Positions 1 to 14,867 of a DNA stretch of 64,000 bases are shown here, piece after piece. Below the pieces are notes generated by a model that ran no database searches, was not told where the DNA came from, and was given only the letters and a program-made list of their open reading frames with translations. The stretch is from Lama guanicoe. Lineage: Eukaryota. Location: NCBI GenBank assembly GCA_013239625.1, contig MU053934.1:2374399-2438398 (forward strand). The letters run 5' to 3'. Numbering within the stretch: position 1 is the stretch's first letter; each line of letters opens with the position of its first letter. Both the position numbers and the translations under genes were made by a program.

Positions 1-2793
1 TTACGGAAATGAGACTGACAGGTGTGACCACATAATTACGCAGCCTCATTCTGGGGGTGACTCTCCTTCCTGGGGGGGCCAGCGAAGTAGCTCCATAGCC
101 AGGCTGTCATGTGCAGGTGGCGGGCCCAGGGCTGCCTGTCACAGCGGCCCTCTGGTGTCCCACCAGTACAGAGGATGACTCCAGTGCTGTGTGCACAACG
201 TTCTGTTGAAGCCCCCCGAGGCCATGTGGACCCCAAGGCCTCAGGTTGCCCACTCCAGGCCGTGGACCAGATCAGACAAGCTGGTGGCTGTGTCTGCTGG
301 CGCACGCCTGTGTGTCACATGATCACTGCCAGGACAGCAGCTTCGACAAATCACTTCCCATGGTGCTGGTACCCAGAGCCTGGACTCTGGGAGGATGCTC
401 ACTGAGGAGATTAAGAAGCTGTCTGAGGAAGCAACTGGTTATCACTTTCATCACGCAAGTGGGTGCCCGGAGGGAAGGGACGTGTGATGCGCAGACCGCG
501 CGGAGGGCAGGGCCATTCAGCCAGGAAACTGCATCTGCAGGCTTCCACCGCCACCTCCTAACGGGCACTCATCACAGGCCAGGCACCGTCCACACGGCAT
601 TTTGGTTAATTCTTACAGTAACCCTACCTAGTATATCTTCTCAAGCCCAGAGGCAGACGAGAAAGTGAAGGCCCACAGTGGACCCCGGTGGGTCAGGATG
701 TGACAGAGCCAGACTCCACCTCGAACAAACTTCGTGCTCTCTTTTCCACACACTTCTTGCTCACAGGGCAAGTTTCTCCCTCAAGCTAAGGCCGAGAGAG
801 GCCCAGCAGCAGACTCCTTCTGCTGACCAGCCCTGGAAGTGCTGTCAAAGCCCCCTCACTACCCAGCAGCTGTCAAGCCAGGTGGGCCCCCAAGTGCCAG
901 ACCCTCACTCCCCTGCTGGAGTCTCTCGGCCTGCCTCTCAGGGCCTCCCCCCGCAGGGCTGCATCCAGCGTGGCCGGCACTCGACTGGCAGGGGTGACCG
1001 TGTGGCAGGGGTGACAGCACGCAGCCCTCGGGCACAGGCGCTCGGTGGCTCCAGACCTCCCTGCAGACAGCAGGGCCTTTGTGTGCCACGGCTGGCAGGG
1101 CTCTCTGGCAGGGCCCGAGCCTTCCAGCCGGCACATTCCTGCTTAAGTGGAGTCATCACATTTGCGGCTTCCTCAGCCTCCTGTCCCGGTGAGTCGGCTC
1201 CAAGTCCGGGTTTACTGCATCCTCGAAGCATTTCCTAGCACCTCCCTGACACGGTGCTTTTCTCCAGAAAAGCCCTTGGAGAGCAGACGGCTCCACGGGG
1301 GCACCAGATGGCAGGGCGGGGAGAAGGTGCAGCGAAGGGCGGGAAGGCCTCTCCTGCCATAACCCGCCAGCCAGATGGGAGAACCCCTCCAAACGCCAGC
1401 CAGGAAGGAGGACGGCCAACGGCGCCCCTGGAGGATGGGCACCAGGACAGGGATCAGAGACACGGCTTCTGGGCTGGCTCTCTGCAAGCCCTTGGACGAA
1501 TCAGTTAACATTTCAGGGCCTGTCCCTTTACCAGTGAAGCATAAGGATTGGACGCAGATGTGAAAAGCAGGCTAGGATTCTACCCTTCTTTGTCTCCCCA
1601 GAAAGGTGAGTCAACCACCAAGAGGTGCAGGGATGCTCGCCGGGCACATGGTGACCGACCACTTCTGGGGCCGCTAAGAGGCAGAGGTGGAATTAGCACA
1701 GAGCAAAGGGTTAAATAGCTCTCGGATTACTTTAGGTCTGGAATGAGAGTGGACCCTGACACCACGCCCCCAGAAATGCTGGGAGCTCATTAAATACCAT
1801 AAAGTCGCTGCAAGTGAACCAAACCTGGCATTCTAACTAATTAACATAGAGGAGAGTTTTTTTCTCTTGCTCCTGGGAAGACAACTGGGCTCAAATTCTT
1901 CAACTGGCCGGTTCTCCTGTAAGAACACATACATACCCACTGAGGGAGACTCTGGGAGGCCAGGAGGACCACTTTCCCCCATCACCCCCCGTTACAGGCC
2001 ACATGCTGCTTCTGCCCAGTCCCCCAGGCACCCCTCCCGCTGGTATCCACCCGGGTGCGGTGTCCTTGTTCCCCTAGGGTTGCCATCTGCATTTTGCTCT
2101 CCCATCCTCTTGGCCTTAGACCAGTCAAAGCCTTCAGCGCTTTACAGATTCCTGAGTTCCACCCCAAGGCAGGAAGACCCAGTAATGCCCAGGACAACAA
2201 ACTAAACCAAACAGGAAAGCCAGGGTTAGGAGGGTGAACCTACCAGGTCCCCACAACTTTAATTAAACCCAAGGCTGAGGATTAAAACAAACAAAACTGT
2301 GCCGGGCACGTCTGGGCTGCGCTGTAACCACTTATTGACAAACACCTGCCAGCCTTTCCGCAGGATCTGACCTCCACGGGCCTTTCTGACCACCCTGGCC
2401 TCAGCAGCCACATCTTCCTCTGAGCTCCCGACGCCTGACACCTGCTGCAGGCGTACTGGCACCAGGTGTAGGTGGCAACTTGTCCTGTTATACAGCTACG
2501 GCCACAGATCTCTGCGTACAAACATGTCTGTCCCTCCACCTGGACTGCCGGCACCGCCAGTGCCAGAATAATGCACCAAACCTCTCTGGCACATTCCATC
2601 TCCTATCTCCATGGCCTAATCTAGGGCGCCATATGCTGCCATGACCCATCCCGTGCCCATGGCAGACAGCACTAATCTATCCCGGTGCTCCTCGGCACTG
2701 AGTCTCAGATCCTTGCCAACACAGGGCTGGGCAAGCCATTACCGATCAATGGGAGCTGACACTCAGAATAAAACCCATGTGCAATGCTTAGTT

Positions 2794-3028
2794 CAGTGGC
2801 TCTGAAGTAGGGGCAATTATGTCCCTCAGGGACTATTTGGTAGCAATATTTGGGGGCAGTTTTGGTTGTCACGACTGGAGAGGGAGGGTGCTGCTGGCAT
2901 CCAGTGGGCAGAGGCCAGGATGCTGCTAAGCAACCCATAATGCTCAGGACAAGCCCCCCCACTCCGCCCCCAGCAACAGAGAACTATCCAGCCCCAAATG
3001 TCCATGGTGCCAAGATTGAGAAACCCTG
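2794..3028 (+). mobile_element. MER20-like hAT-Charlie DNA transposon
   Basis: Starts CAGTGG and ends GAGAAACCCTG, with internal TTTTGGTTGTCAC...TGGCATCCAGTGGGCAGAGGCCAGGATGCTGCTAA. 8-bp TSD GCTTAGTT (2786-2793) / GCTTAGTC (3029-3036). Confidence 0.85.
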
Positions 3029-3048
3029 GCTTAGTCTGACAAATATGT

Positions 3049-3160
3049 AGAGTAACTACATAATTTATCCAAACTAGGGTGCTTCTGAACGTGAGACAGG
3101 GCACTATTAATACTAATGGCGGGACAGCAGGCATAAACCAGGACTTATAGGCAAACCAGA
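3049..3160 (+). mobile_element. MER94-like hAT MITE relic
   Basis: GTAACTACATAATTTATCCAAAC...GGGCACTATTAATA...GGGACAGCAGGCATAAACCAGGAC resembles the recalled MER94 consensus. Confidence 0.55.
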
Positions 3161-5069
3161 GCCTTTAAGAGATTACTTCAAAGATGGAGGGGTGTCCCTA
3201 GGAAAAGTCGAAGAGCTCATCTCCTAAAAGCCCCAAGACAAAGCCACCAACTCCCCTAATTGGCAGAATAAATGCTAGGATGTCATAAGCCACAGCCAGC
3301 TCAGGGAGGAAATATTCTAGTTCTTGTTTCAAGAAAAAGCAGAAAAGGGAACGGTCTGGGTTTGCCTTTTAGGAAGTGTGTGGCAGAGAAGAGACCTGTC
3401 TTCCCTTCCACAAAGCCAGGAGGGCAGCATGTGCTATGTCATATGTGCCCTCCAAAAGGAGAGGTGCTGACTCGAGGAACAGCCCATGGACCCCAAGGCT
3501 CTGCTGTCTGTACCCAACTTAGAGCAGGAACCACAGGTCCTTCCTGGGAACTTCTTTACTGGTGAACCGCTTTTCATAACAGGGGCAACTTCTGCGAATT
3601 AACTTCCTCCCTGTCCCAAGGACAAGAAACCTGTTGCTAATTGCTTTGCGGGTCAACTGTGTGCGATGAGAGGAAACTTAGAGATGTCCTCAGTCGACAC
3701 TGGGGCTGAAGAGCTGCAGCAAGTCCAACATTCAACAGAAAGTGAGTGGAAACCTCTCAGACTGAGGGTTAGAATGTACGTGGACCCAGCACCATAGACC
3801 ATTAAAAAGAAGAACCAAGACCTTAGGTTCCCTGTACCTGCAAATATGTTTCCTACCCTGGTCTACCCATTTTCCCACATAATGTGGGGCAGCTCCTTGG
3901 TTCCTGTCAAGGCCGTTCCATTACAGCCAAGACTTCATGGCCAACACCAAGCACCAGCCCTGTGCAAAGTCCTTTTTCCCCCCCAATTATCTCCAGCCTA
4001 CAGAAGTGAATTTTGCCCCTCAAAACTCTTTAAATATAAATAAACAAATTAAAAATTGGGTGAATGCATTACAATTTGGACAAATAAAAATTGGGCAAAT
4101 CTCTTTGGGAAGGAGTCCCACAGGCTGTCAGAAGAAAGGCGGGCAGTCCAGTCCCAAAGACTCCAAATCCTGGTGCCACACTGGGCATCACCACATTATT
4201 CTCATCATAATGGCCTGCCTAACTGTGAAAAGGCCCGCTTGCTGAACACTGTCTGAGTCCAGGATCCAAGTGTGCTAATGTTCCCTAACTCAGTGGTGCA
4301 GAGCTCAAGAAAACTCCAGGGTGCACTTCCTGCATGAGGCCAGTTACGAGAGCCAGGAGAAAACTGACTCATAACCTCTAGAGACAGACTCAGGCTCTTC
4401 TGGAATCCCACAGAATGTTCCTCCACCAGACTGTTGTAGTTAGCGCTCTGAAACAGACAACCCACTTTAAAACTAAAGGGCTGGCTTCCTCAAGGAACTT
4501 GGATAGACATAAACATGAGCCACAGGGTAGGCCAAGCTTTACGCCGACACAATTCGCCAAGCTGGGCAATGGAACACCTTCCACAGCACTGTGTGGACAG
4601 TATAAGACAGACCCACATGCTGTCATTTTAAACCACTAAGCCCAGGACAAAGTTGTTAATACAACAAGACTCATCACCACCACTGCCAAGACTGACTACC
4701 AAATTTAAAGGAAAAAAAAAAAGAAAAGCAGCATGCCCGCGAAACAGGAAGTGAAAAGTCACTATCAATTTGAGATACGAGAACACAGCCCTAAGCCAGG
4801 TAGCTGGCTAAGCTCTGAGAATATAAAGGCAACATGTGCCTGGTCCACTCCTAAGTTAAAATATTACTCGAATTACTCTGATGCAAATCTAGCCCAGACA
4901 TCCTCCCTGGCTGGCAGTAACGCTTCAGTCTTGTCTTTAACAAAAGAACAGAGACTTGCCAACTATTGCAGGGCACATAGAACAGACACGGGGGTTTGAA
5001 GCAGAAAGGCCTACTGGAGAAATGTAAGGAGTTCCAGGCAGCCAGGAAGCTGGAGAGGGAGGCAGCAGA

Positions 5070-5500
5070 CCAATTACAAAGGGCACCGTATACTGCTGGA
5101 GAGCTTAAGGGTTATCACTGGGGCAATGAGGAGACTTTGTAAGACTTCTCAAGATTTCAAATAGGAGGTCTGATCAGATTTGCATTCCAGAAAGATGACT
5201 CCCTGGTGGAAGCACAGAGGGAGGGCTCTATTAAGAGTGGCGGGTAAGAGGTCACAGCAATAGTGCAGGTAAAAAACTGTAGAGGCCTGAACTAAGGCCA
5301 GGGCCACAGGGAGAAGAGGGAGAAGGAGATCAGAAGTGTTAAAAGAGATAAAATCTATCGAGAGTGCTGACTGGCTTCGAAAAAGTTGCTGAGGGAGAGA
5401 GCGGAGAGTGCGCACAGGGTGAGTCAGGTTGCAGGCTTGGGTGGCTAGGTGGATGGAGAAATGGCAGCCGGGAGCAAGCAGCTGGCGGCAACCAGGTACC
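5070..5500 (-). mobile_element. Degenerate L2 fragment
   Basis: Purine-rich segment with TGATCAGATTTGCATTCCAGAAAGATGACTC and GGCCTGAACTAAGG, typical of antisense L2. Boundaries are approximate. Confidence 0.5.
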
Positions 5501-6256
5501 AGAGCCAGTCCTCGGCCAGAAAGTGATGGTGAAGCCACTCGCGTGGATGAGGCCACCATCCACAGGACCAGACCTTGAGGAGCACGCAGATGGGGAAGGC
5601 ACAGATGAAGGCCACAGGAAGGAAGGGCTTTCAAAAGGATGTGGGCAAGATTGTCCAATCCTGGGAGAGGTGAAGATAAGAGCTTGAAGCTGCACAGAAG
5701 GAAGGTGGCCTTTGTCAGACAGTCTGGAGAGGTGGTGCGGCCCGATGTGTGACTAAGAAGTGGAGAACGGAGCCAGTGAGCAGATACTTCCTCTAAAAAG
5801 CTCCACTGTGATGGAGAGAGAGCAGAGACAACCTACAGTGGGGTACAGAATCCACGACTCTGTGTTCCCCCATTTTTCTAAAGATGTGAAAACTCAAGCA
5901 CGTTTCCAGACTGGAGAAAAGAGAACGAGGTGAAAACACAGAGAAAAGGGAGTAACTGGTAGGAGAAGAGGCCTAGAAGCAAGGGGACTGGCGCAGGAGG
6001 TCATGACATGAATGAGACATTGGGAAAATAATTAGGAAATGTTTTGTTTTTTTTTTAAGCTTCTGGAACATCCCATCAGCATAAAAACATCTCCTTTGAC
6101 AGCCACTGGCCTTGGCTCTCACATGATGGCTTAGACCTCCACGGTGCACGGCCCCATCACCAGTGCCATCAGCAATGATCCAGCCACAAGATCACCATGA
6201 CTGCGAGCGTGAATGAGCACCTGCAAAGGTGCTGACGAGGCTGCAGTAAAGACTCA

Positions 6257-6439
<183 letters not shown>

Positions 6440-7287
6440 CTAAAGAAAAGAGAGGTAATCAGGAACGGGTTAGGAAGTCTGATTCTTAACGGCATGCAAG
6501 CCTTGTAGCAAAACGTATGCTGCCTCCAAGGAGCCTGAGTCAGCCTGGCGTGAAAGCACTCGTGGAGCCGCTCATTCTCCAGCCCTGCTCCGGCAGACCT
6601 GCCGAGGCGTGGGAATGCCGGCACCGTCTCTGCTCTCTCAGTGAGGGGCCTCCCTTGGCTGCGTGACTGCTGCCAGCTGTGTGTGTCGACCAGCATGTGC
6701 ATGGGGTGAGATTCGTAGCAGGCTTCGTGGACAGTAGGAGTCCAGTTACAAAACTCGGATCCAAGGACAATAAGAGATGTGTTTGTCATCATGAGAGATG
6801 CAAAAGGAGAAAAGGATTTGGCTGCGGCAAGCGACTGTCTGTAAACACAAACTATTCTACCCTGAAGGGCTCCGAGATGTTTAAGCCTCAACTCTTCCAG
6901 CACTGGGAAAGACTCAATGCACTCCTCAACCACCTAGATCCAGTATGGGACAGCAGATCACTGACAGATACCTCTCTCCCTAGAATCTTCCAGAGACGCT
7001 CATGTAAAATCTCTAAAAACCTTAAAGATCCCTTTCATGTCCTCTGTGAGCCTCCTTCAAGACTCCGGTCTTCTCTGAACGGGAACCCAGTTACTCAACA
7101 CTCTTAATGTGAGGCTCCTAAGAATACCCCGATACCCCAAGCCTGAGCTGACCAAGTTAAAATCAGATCCCAGAGTCAAGCTTCAGCAAGAGCAAGTTTC
7201 TTAGCCTCCCTCTCTCTCCATTTCTCGGCCTGAAATATGGGCACAGGCAGACATCTACTCCTCACTGAGTGGTTCTGGGGATCGGCA

Positions 7288-7325
7288 CGGCGCCCGGCTC
7301 GGTGCCCGGCTCGGTGCCCGGCTCA
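7288..7325. repeat. 12-bp tandem repeat (CGGTGCCCGGCT) about 3 copies
   Basis: cggcgcccggct cggtgcccggct cggtgcccggct read directly. Confidence 0.85.
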
Positions 7326-9346
7326 GGCATGGAGAGGGGCTCGGGGTAGGTCAGGAGGGCGGTTTCCAGGGGCAACAGTCTGCTTCCTTGGCATCTTCTT
7401 TTTCTAATAATTTTCCTGCTACTTTTTTCTTCCAAGATCCCCCTCCCTCACCGAAAGGGGAAAAAAAATAAAAGACTCCTTAAAGCTGGGTGAGACCCTG
7501 GAGACCACCCAGGTGACAGGTGCTCACTGGGGTGGGGGTGGGAGGGCCACAGCTCACTTTAGGCAGCTGAAGCAACTCAGTACCTTCTCCCTAGGAAAAC
7601 AGGCTCAGAGGAGCCAGGCAAAGAGATGCCCACCAGCCATGACTCACACACACCTGCAGCCCCGACTGCTGAGTGATGGCTGGAGGCTATGAAGGCAGGT
7701 CCTGGCAGAGCTGGGAAAAGACCCAGGTCTTACACCCCCACTGCAGACCTCCTTGGTCATGGAAGCTGGTTCTCCGAGCTCCCCACATCTTTTTGGTTCC
7801 CTCACTACAAGCACCCTTCACCCTCACCGTCCACAGTTTGGCCGCTCAACCCAATAGCAGCCAACATCTGAGAGGCTGAGAATGTGTCAATCCAGTCCCG
7901 TCCACCCCACCCTCTCCCATCTCGCCAAAACTGAGGGTGGATCTTGTGGCTGAATCCAAACACAGGGTCCACACAGGAAACAGCTGTGAGGACAAAGGTT
8001 CTTCCCAGCACTGGCCGAGGGCTACAGGTCTTGGACTTGCCAAGTAGAAGTCAGGCTGAGAGCAGAACTCTGGAGGGACCCACCAACCACGCACAGGACG
8101 GCATGCAAAGGAGCAGCTGAGCTTGGAAGTGAACAAGTGCTTTTGGCTGTCTCTTTTGCTTGGAGGAGGGGACATAGGGCCCTTAATTAATTGCCTTTCT
8201 TCTTGGGATAATCAGTCATTTGTTTTCCCTCCAACTATTCTTTTCACAAGGGACCAGGAAAGCGCCGAAACAAGGAAGTCTGCACGTGGTGCTGGCAACC
8301 TGCGGCTGAGGTATTACAGGAAGCCAAGAGTGCCACGGGGAACCTCTGGCTTTCCCTCCATGACTGTCGGGTGGGGAATGAGACAGGAGCCCAGGGAACG
8401 GCGAGGTCATCCCAGGAGCTCAGAAACAAGGGAGCTCTGTTCCTGAGGTTTGAGAGAACCCACACTCTAGGAAATCCAGCCCGTTGAAAGCAAAGGACAC
8501 GTGGCCACACTTTTAAAGCAGGCCATGGGGCCAGATGTTTGGAAACAGCTGGCAGTGACAGCAGAAGGGGTCTGGGGGTTACAAGGACAAGTTTTTCTGA
8601 CAGGCCCCCCCTCCTGCACACAATGTTCCAACGTTCCAACTGGTGGGCATATGGTCCTGTGAAGGGTTCGAGAGGGCCTCAAAGTTCTCCGGGCTAATTC
8701 CATTGAATCAGTGGGCAATCAAACTAAGCCCCATGGAATGAGCGCTACAGCTCAGGTGGGAGGAAGGGGACTCATCACAAGCCCCTCTCACGGAGGCCCG
8801 TGGAGGCGCAGACACTGAGCAAGTGGCTTCACTCCCACATGGCCACGCCGGGGAGCTGCTCCATTCACGGGCCACAGAGGCCCTTTGTGCCCGACCATCC
8901 CCTGTGCCCAGGCCTCCCCCCAACCGAAGAAACAGACAGAGCAGCTGTGGCGCACAATTAGCCACACCGCCCACAACGCCGGGCAAACACGCCGCACAAA
9001 GGCTCCCGGGGTCGCAATTTGGAACGTTGTGTGCAGAAGGGGGGCCTGTGAATGAGGCAGCACCCCCGGCCCGGGCAGCCCCACTGAGTGGCTTTGATCT
9101 CCCCGCAGCTCTGCACCTGCTGGGGTCTCCATCAGGGCAACTGTACAGACAATCGACTTCCTTCTGGTGAGGATGCGGAGGAGGAGGCTGGTCTGAGGCG
9201 GGAAGATCTGAGGTGCCAGCAAAGAAGCAAAGATGGGAGTTAATGCCTCCAGCTGAAGAGTTCCAGAGAAAAAGCTCAGGTCCTACAAATGAAATTGTAG
9301 GCTCACACTCATCTAGAAAGTAAAACCCACACTTTAAGAGTGAAGA

Positions 9347-9435
9347 GGAGGGGCGTGAGTATAGCTCAGTGGTAGAGTGCAGTGTGCTTGGCATGCACAA
9401 GGTCCTGGGTTCAATTGCCAATATCTCCATTTAAA
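9347..9435 (+). mobile_element. tRNA-derived SINE (camelid Vic-1-like), short form
   Basis: A box TAGCTCAGTGG, B-box-like GGTTCAATTGCC, short A tail. TSD AAGAGTGAAGA (9336-9346) / AAGAGTAAAGA (9436-9446). Confidence 0.85.
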
Positions 9436-10190
9436 AAGAGTAAAGATGAAGCAACTAATATTGAACTAATATTGAATGCACTTTCATAACTAGTATTTCG
9501 ATTTGCAGCCAACTGGTAGGTTAAGTGCAAGACGCCGACTTGTTCCATGCTCAGCAAATCTCCAACAGGACCCAAGCTGAACAATGACATCTGTAATAGA
9601 CCAGGTAGAGGGTCTGAGTTATCTTCTCCTACGACAGATGGCAGCAGCTACAGAGCTCAGGTGCTGTGTGAGCCCAGGGCTGGCTGGCACTTTACAACGT
9701 TCTCAGGACTCCTTGCAGACAAGGAAGTGAGGCCCCATGTAGCCATGTCACATGGTTAGGAAGGGGCAGAGCTGGGATTGGAACCAGGTCCTGGAGGCGC
9801 CAACTCTAATGCTCTGAATCACTCTGCTTTACTGACAGCAGGGTGGTTCTAACATAAGCTATCAAAGATGCCAAGGGGAGAGTCCTCTTCCCAGACAACA
9901 GGAGTTAGCTCCTATCTCCCCTCCACAGACAAGCAATGCTTCCTTTAAGACCATTTGTTTTTCTGAAGGTCACTAATTCTGAATTTCAGTGGTTAATACC
10001 TGGAGAGACAGGGACTTTTAATTTGGTCCATGCAATACTCTCATTGAGAAACAGGTAACTGGGCTGATAGCCAGGAAACCCGAGTTCCAGTCTCAGCCCT
10101 GCCAAACACCTAGCTGTGGGACCCTGCCTAAGTCCCTTGCCCTCTTTGGGCCTCAATTCTCCCCACCTGCCAGATTAGAAAGTTGGGCTA

Positions 10191-10686
<496 letters not shown>

Positions 10687-13600
10687 CTGAGGGAGGAAAA
10701 GGACAAAACATTAGCTGCAACTACACCAGCCAAACGAGCATCACTCATCTCATATCTCTACAAGTTTTACAGCAGCATAAGTAAAACTCTAAATAACCAG
10801 GCTGTACAACTTGCCAGAATTTTCTCACTCTCTACTTTTGGGAGAAAGATGTTCATCTCTGAAAAAACAACTGATATCAGAGATTCTGTAAGAAAATAAT
10901 GGTAAGATGTATCCCAGGATCAATGCACAATCAAACAAATCTATAAACAACAATTGTGCCAAATGATGAGCACAATCAGAATCTCAAAGACAGATGTAAT
11001 TATAGTCACTAAGCTACACCTGCTGAGGCCAGAAAGTGACCACATAATTTAGTAAGAGGACGTCCAACAAGAACAGGTTTCTATTTGGTGTAAAAAAGAT
11101 AACTGACTACAATTGCACAGAGTGGAAGTCTCCAGTCTAAAAAACTTTTTCTTATCTCACAGAGTCAACCAAGAGAGGAAAACACAACAGATTTTAATTC
11201 CACCTTGGTAACAGAGGCCAAAGAAAGAAAGTGAGAAGAAAAGAAGTCAGGCTCCAGGAAACACCATGGAGAGTAGTGAACGTTTCCCTCCTGGGGCACC
11301 CATGTGAAAAGACAACCCTCACAATTTATGGGCCAGGAGAACTTAAGCTCATGTGCGTTGGCTTTTTTTTTTTTTTTGAAGTTCATTTGCAAAACAAAAA
11401 TGATGAAATAATAATCCCTTATATCTCTGTAGTTTTATAGTTTATGAAAAACTATCACACACACTTCACTATCTCAGAAGATCCCCATCCTAACCACTCT
11501 ATAAGGTAGGTTAGGTACGTATTAATATCTCATTGTACAGATGAGGGAACAGAAGCTCCTTGGAGGTAAGGGGCTTTGTCCAGGGTCACCCAGGAAGGAC
11601 TCTGGTCTCTTGGTCCCATGGTCTTTCCACAGTCTAACCACAGTATTTACTCCTGCTCAAAGGCTCAGGCTAAGATCAGCTGAGAGGACAGCTGCTCTGA
11701 CAACAGCTGGACTTAGAAACCCTGGTCTAAGACCGAGCCAGCCCACGGCCAGCAGAGGAACAACCCAGAAGCTCACTGCCTAGTACAGGACACAGGGGGG
11801 CTTTTCCCTTGTGAGATCAAGGCCCCCTCCCCAGGCCCCAGATCAGGATCCAAATCCAGGGTCACACAGGCTTTCGTGCTTCCAGATCCCAACAGGAACT
11901 TAGATGCCAAGGAGGCTGGAGGCTTGAGAGGGAGAGAACAAAAGAGAAAGTCTGGGCCGCCCAGGCCTTCTTATCTGGGCTCATTAAATGGTTTCCAGAT
12001 CAAGGCTGAGGGGCTCCCTGGACTCACTCCAGGAGAGGCTGTTTTCCAGGAAATCTGCCAGTTATGCCCCTTCCCCCACCCCCACCCCCGCCCCCAAAGA
12101 GGAAAGGCAAGTCCAAGGAGCAGAGCCTGGCAGCCTCCCCAGCAAGCTGAACCAGTGGCTTTGTTTACATTCCCAGCACAAGCAATCCCTGGCAGCCTCT
12201 GTCGGGGACCAAGGGGCACAATCCACCTGCAAGGACCACCCCCAGGAGAAGCAGACATGGCCCAGAGTTAGGCAGCAGTGAACAAGGCAGGAATGGGATG
12301 GCTGAAAACCACCTGGCCAGCCTCATCATCTGTCTGGGGCTGGGGGCTGGGGGCTAAACAGGCCCACTTTGGGCTGTCCTTGCTTGCACACTGGCCAGTC
12401 CATTCAAGCAAATCAAAGGCTTCTCTCTGCCAGAGTAAATACCAGTTTTCCTCTGCCGCTCTGCCGTCCATCTGACCACAGGACAGTCGTTCTCTGCAAA
12501 GTCCTAGCATCCAGGCTCCCAAAACCACTCTCCCCAATCATGTCACCACCATGCTCAAGACCTTGCAACAGTCACTGAGCACAGGACCTCACCGGCTGCT
12601 GGTTCTCGGCCTTTCTGTAGACCTCAAAACCAGAAAGGATAAAACAGTCTCCCATCAAAATGCAAAAGCGGATCCACGTCCACCTTATCCCCCAAAATCC
12701 TAAGTCTGCTGTTCATTAAGAGTTCCACTGACCCAGCCCAGTGAGGGGAAAGGGCCAGTCATTAAGTACCTACCTACCAACATCAATCCCCAGTACCCAT
12801 TTATTCACAACCTCACTTAACCGTCCAGCATCCTGGAAAAAAGCTTTTATTATCCTCAGTTTACTAATGAGGAAACCAGCTCAGAGAGGGCAAGTCACTT
12901 GCCCAGAGTCGTCCAGCCTAGTCCTGGGCTAACCCAGATCTCCCTGGCTCCCAGGCCTGGACTCTTCCTAGCACACTTGTTCCTGGGGTCTTGCAAGAGA
13001 AGTCAGGCCGGCACTGGAGCTGGGCTGAAACTGTCAATAAGCTGAGTGAAAAACAGAATACAGGGGAAGGCATCCCACAACATTTGACAAATATTTACAA
13101 AGAGTTATCAGGCAGGCAGGCAGGGAGGCTGAGAATGAGCCTTCCCGGTGTGGACCCTGTGGCCTGTCAGTGGTAAAATTCAGCATTCTCGCTCCCTCAG
13201 CTGGTTACAGTCCACAGTGAGCAGCCTGTCAGTGACAGCAGAGTGACTTCTGGCCCTCATCAGACTCCAGGTCACCCCGGCGATTCCAACCCTGGGGGAA
13301 CCAAGAGCAAAGAGCATGCAGGCTGCCAGCAGGCTGCAGGCCCCGGCACTCAGCTGGAAATCTGGGTAAACTGCCCAGCCCTTTCATCAGTGAGCCTGTG
13401 CTGGAGGCCAGGAACACTGCAGCAGGTAAGCAGGACAAAAGTTCCACCCAAACCACCACCGTCGGCTCCCGAGTCTGCCCTACATTGTGGCCTCAGCGGG
13501 AGGGCAGGGGGGCAGGTACCGGCCAGCACTGTCTACCTCTGATAACCATCAGAGACCAGCAGGGCAAGCCACACTTCTTGTTAAGAGAGAGGGGTACACC

Positions 13601-14223
13601 ACGTCTCCTCAGAGCTGGATGCCAAGCCCCCTGTGGATAGTGGGGCTTGCAGGAGTCCCCACTGGCCTGAGTGCCTCTCTCTCTGGGCAGAACTTTTCAT
13701 TAAACACGGCTGGGCCTTGTGTGGCCAGATCAAGGACAGAGCTATTTGGTTTCAGCAACTCTTCTGGAATGACGTGGGTTAGCAGCAATGCCAAGATCAA
13801 TACACGGGCTGGACCTGGGGGAGGCCTGCAGAGACCATGACAAACAACGGGGTTTCTATTCGAGCCCTGCCACCCGACCTGGACAGGAACATCCGCATAC
13901 AAGGATTCAGGGGCCACAGGGCTGCAGCTGAGCTCCCATCTCCACCTGTTTCAGGGAGAGGCTTCTGGGCCCCAGCAGCTGCTGACTCACGTGTGCCCGG
14001 TGGGGAGGCCAGTGATGCAGACACTTTAACCCTCACCTCTGAGGATGCAGGTGAAGCAAGATGCCACTGTTAAGCGCCGTTAGCAATGAAGCAAGGGGCA
14101 TTACAGAGAGGACACGATGGAGGTGACTGCCTGAGTACAGCAGCCAGCAAGCAGCCACTTCTCCCTGCCCCATCCTGGGACCACACCAACCGGCCTCTGA
14201 ATTTTTTTTTAAACTGTGTGTAC

Positions 14224-14357
14224 GGGAGACAGTATATAGCTCAGTGGTAGAGTACATGCTTAGCATGCACAAGATCCTGGGTTCAATCCCCAGTACCTCC
14301 ATTTAAATAAATCAATCAACAATTAAACTTAATTACTTCCCCACTACCGAAAAAAAA
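14224..14357 (+). mobile_element. tRNA-derived SINE (Vic-1-like)
   Basis: TATAGCTCAGTGGTAGAGTACATGCTTAGCATGCACAAGATCCTGGGTTCAATCCCCAGTACCTCC, followed by an AT-rich segment, TAATTAC motif and A tail. Confidence 0.88.
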
Positions 14358-14867
14358 CCTACATGTATTATAAAGGATTACAAAAGAAAAATACACCCCC
14401 ACCAAATTCCCGACACTCTCCCCTGCAAAAATCAATTATCTCTTTTTTTTATGGTCCCTTCTAGTCCTAGTGCACAGAGACACTTGATTTTTAACTATCA
14501 CAGGCAGAGCATGGAGTTTCACATTTTGTTCTTTCCCTTCTTACTCTGACCATTTTTCCCCACAGGGCCGCGATTTGCTTGTTAAGCCTTTTTATCCAAA
14601 TGCTTCGCTGTGCAGGTGGTGATGCAAAGACTCTGAGAGGGAAGTGACTCCACTCGTTCAAACAGCTGGGACGGAGAGGACTCGAACCCACGACCCCTGA
14701 CTCCAAGGCCTAGCTGGTGATCGATCGCTTTTAATGGCTGCAGAATAGTCCAAAGTGATTTTTTTTTTTCAAAAACCACCACTGACTAGGTCCTTCCCTC
14801 TTATCGAGTGGACCACCTTGAGATAAATTCTCAAGTAGAGTTATGGGAGCAAAGGAACATCTGGGCA

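Noticed and set aside
8708..9430. 240-aa ORF and similar ORFs starting MEVLGIEPR/MEILAIEPR
   Set aside because: The N-terminus is the antisense translation of the SINE. The remainder is intronic with no homology I recognise.
9347..9435. SINE heads as tRNA genes (also 14224, 52531, 55665)
   Set aside because: They have A and B boxes but also A-rich tails, TSD-like flanks and imperfect stems, and they recur as a family.
14625..14712. tRNA-like GGACTCGAACCCACGACC
   Set aside because: It sits in MIR-like context on the minus strand and forms no cloverleaf.
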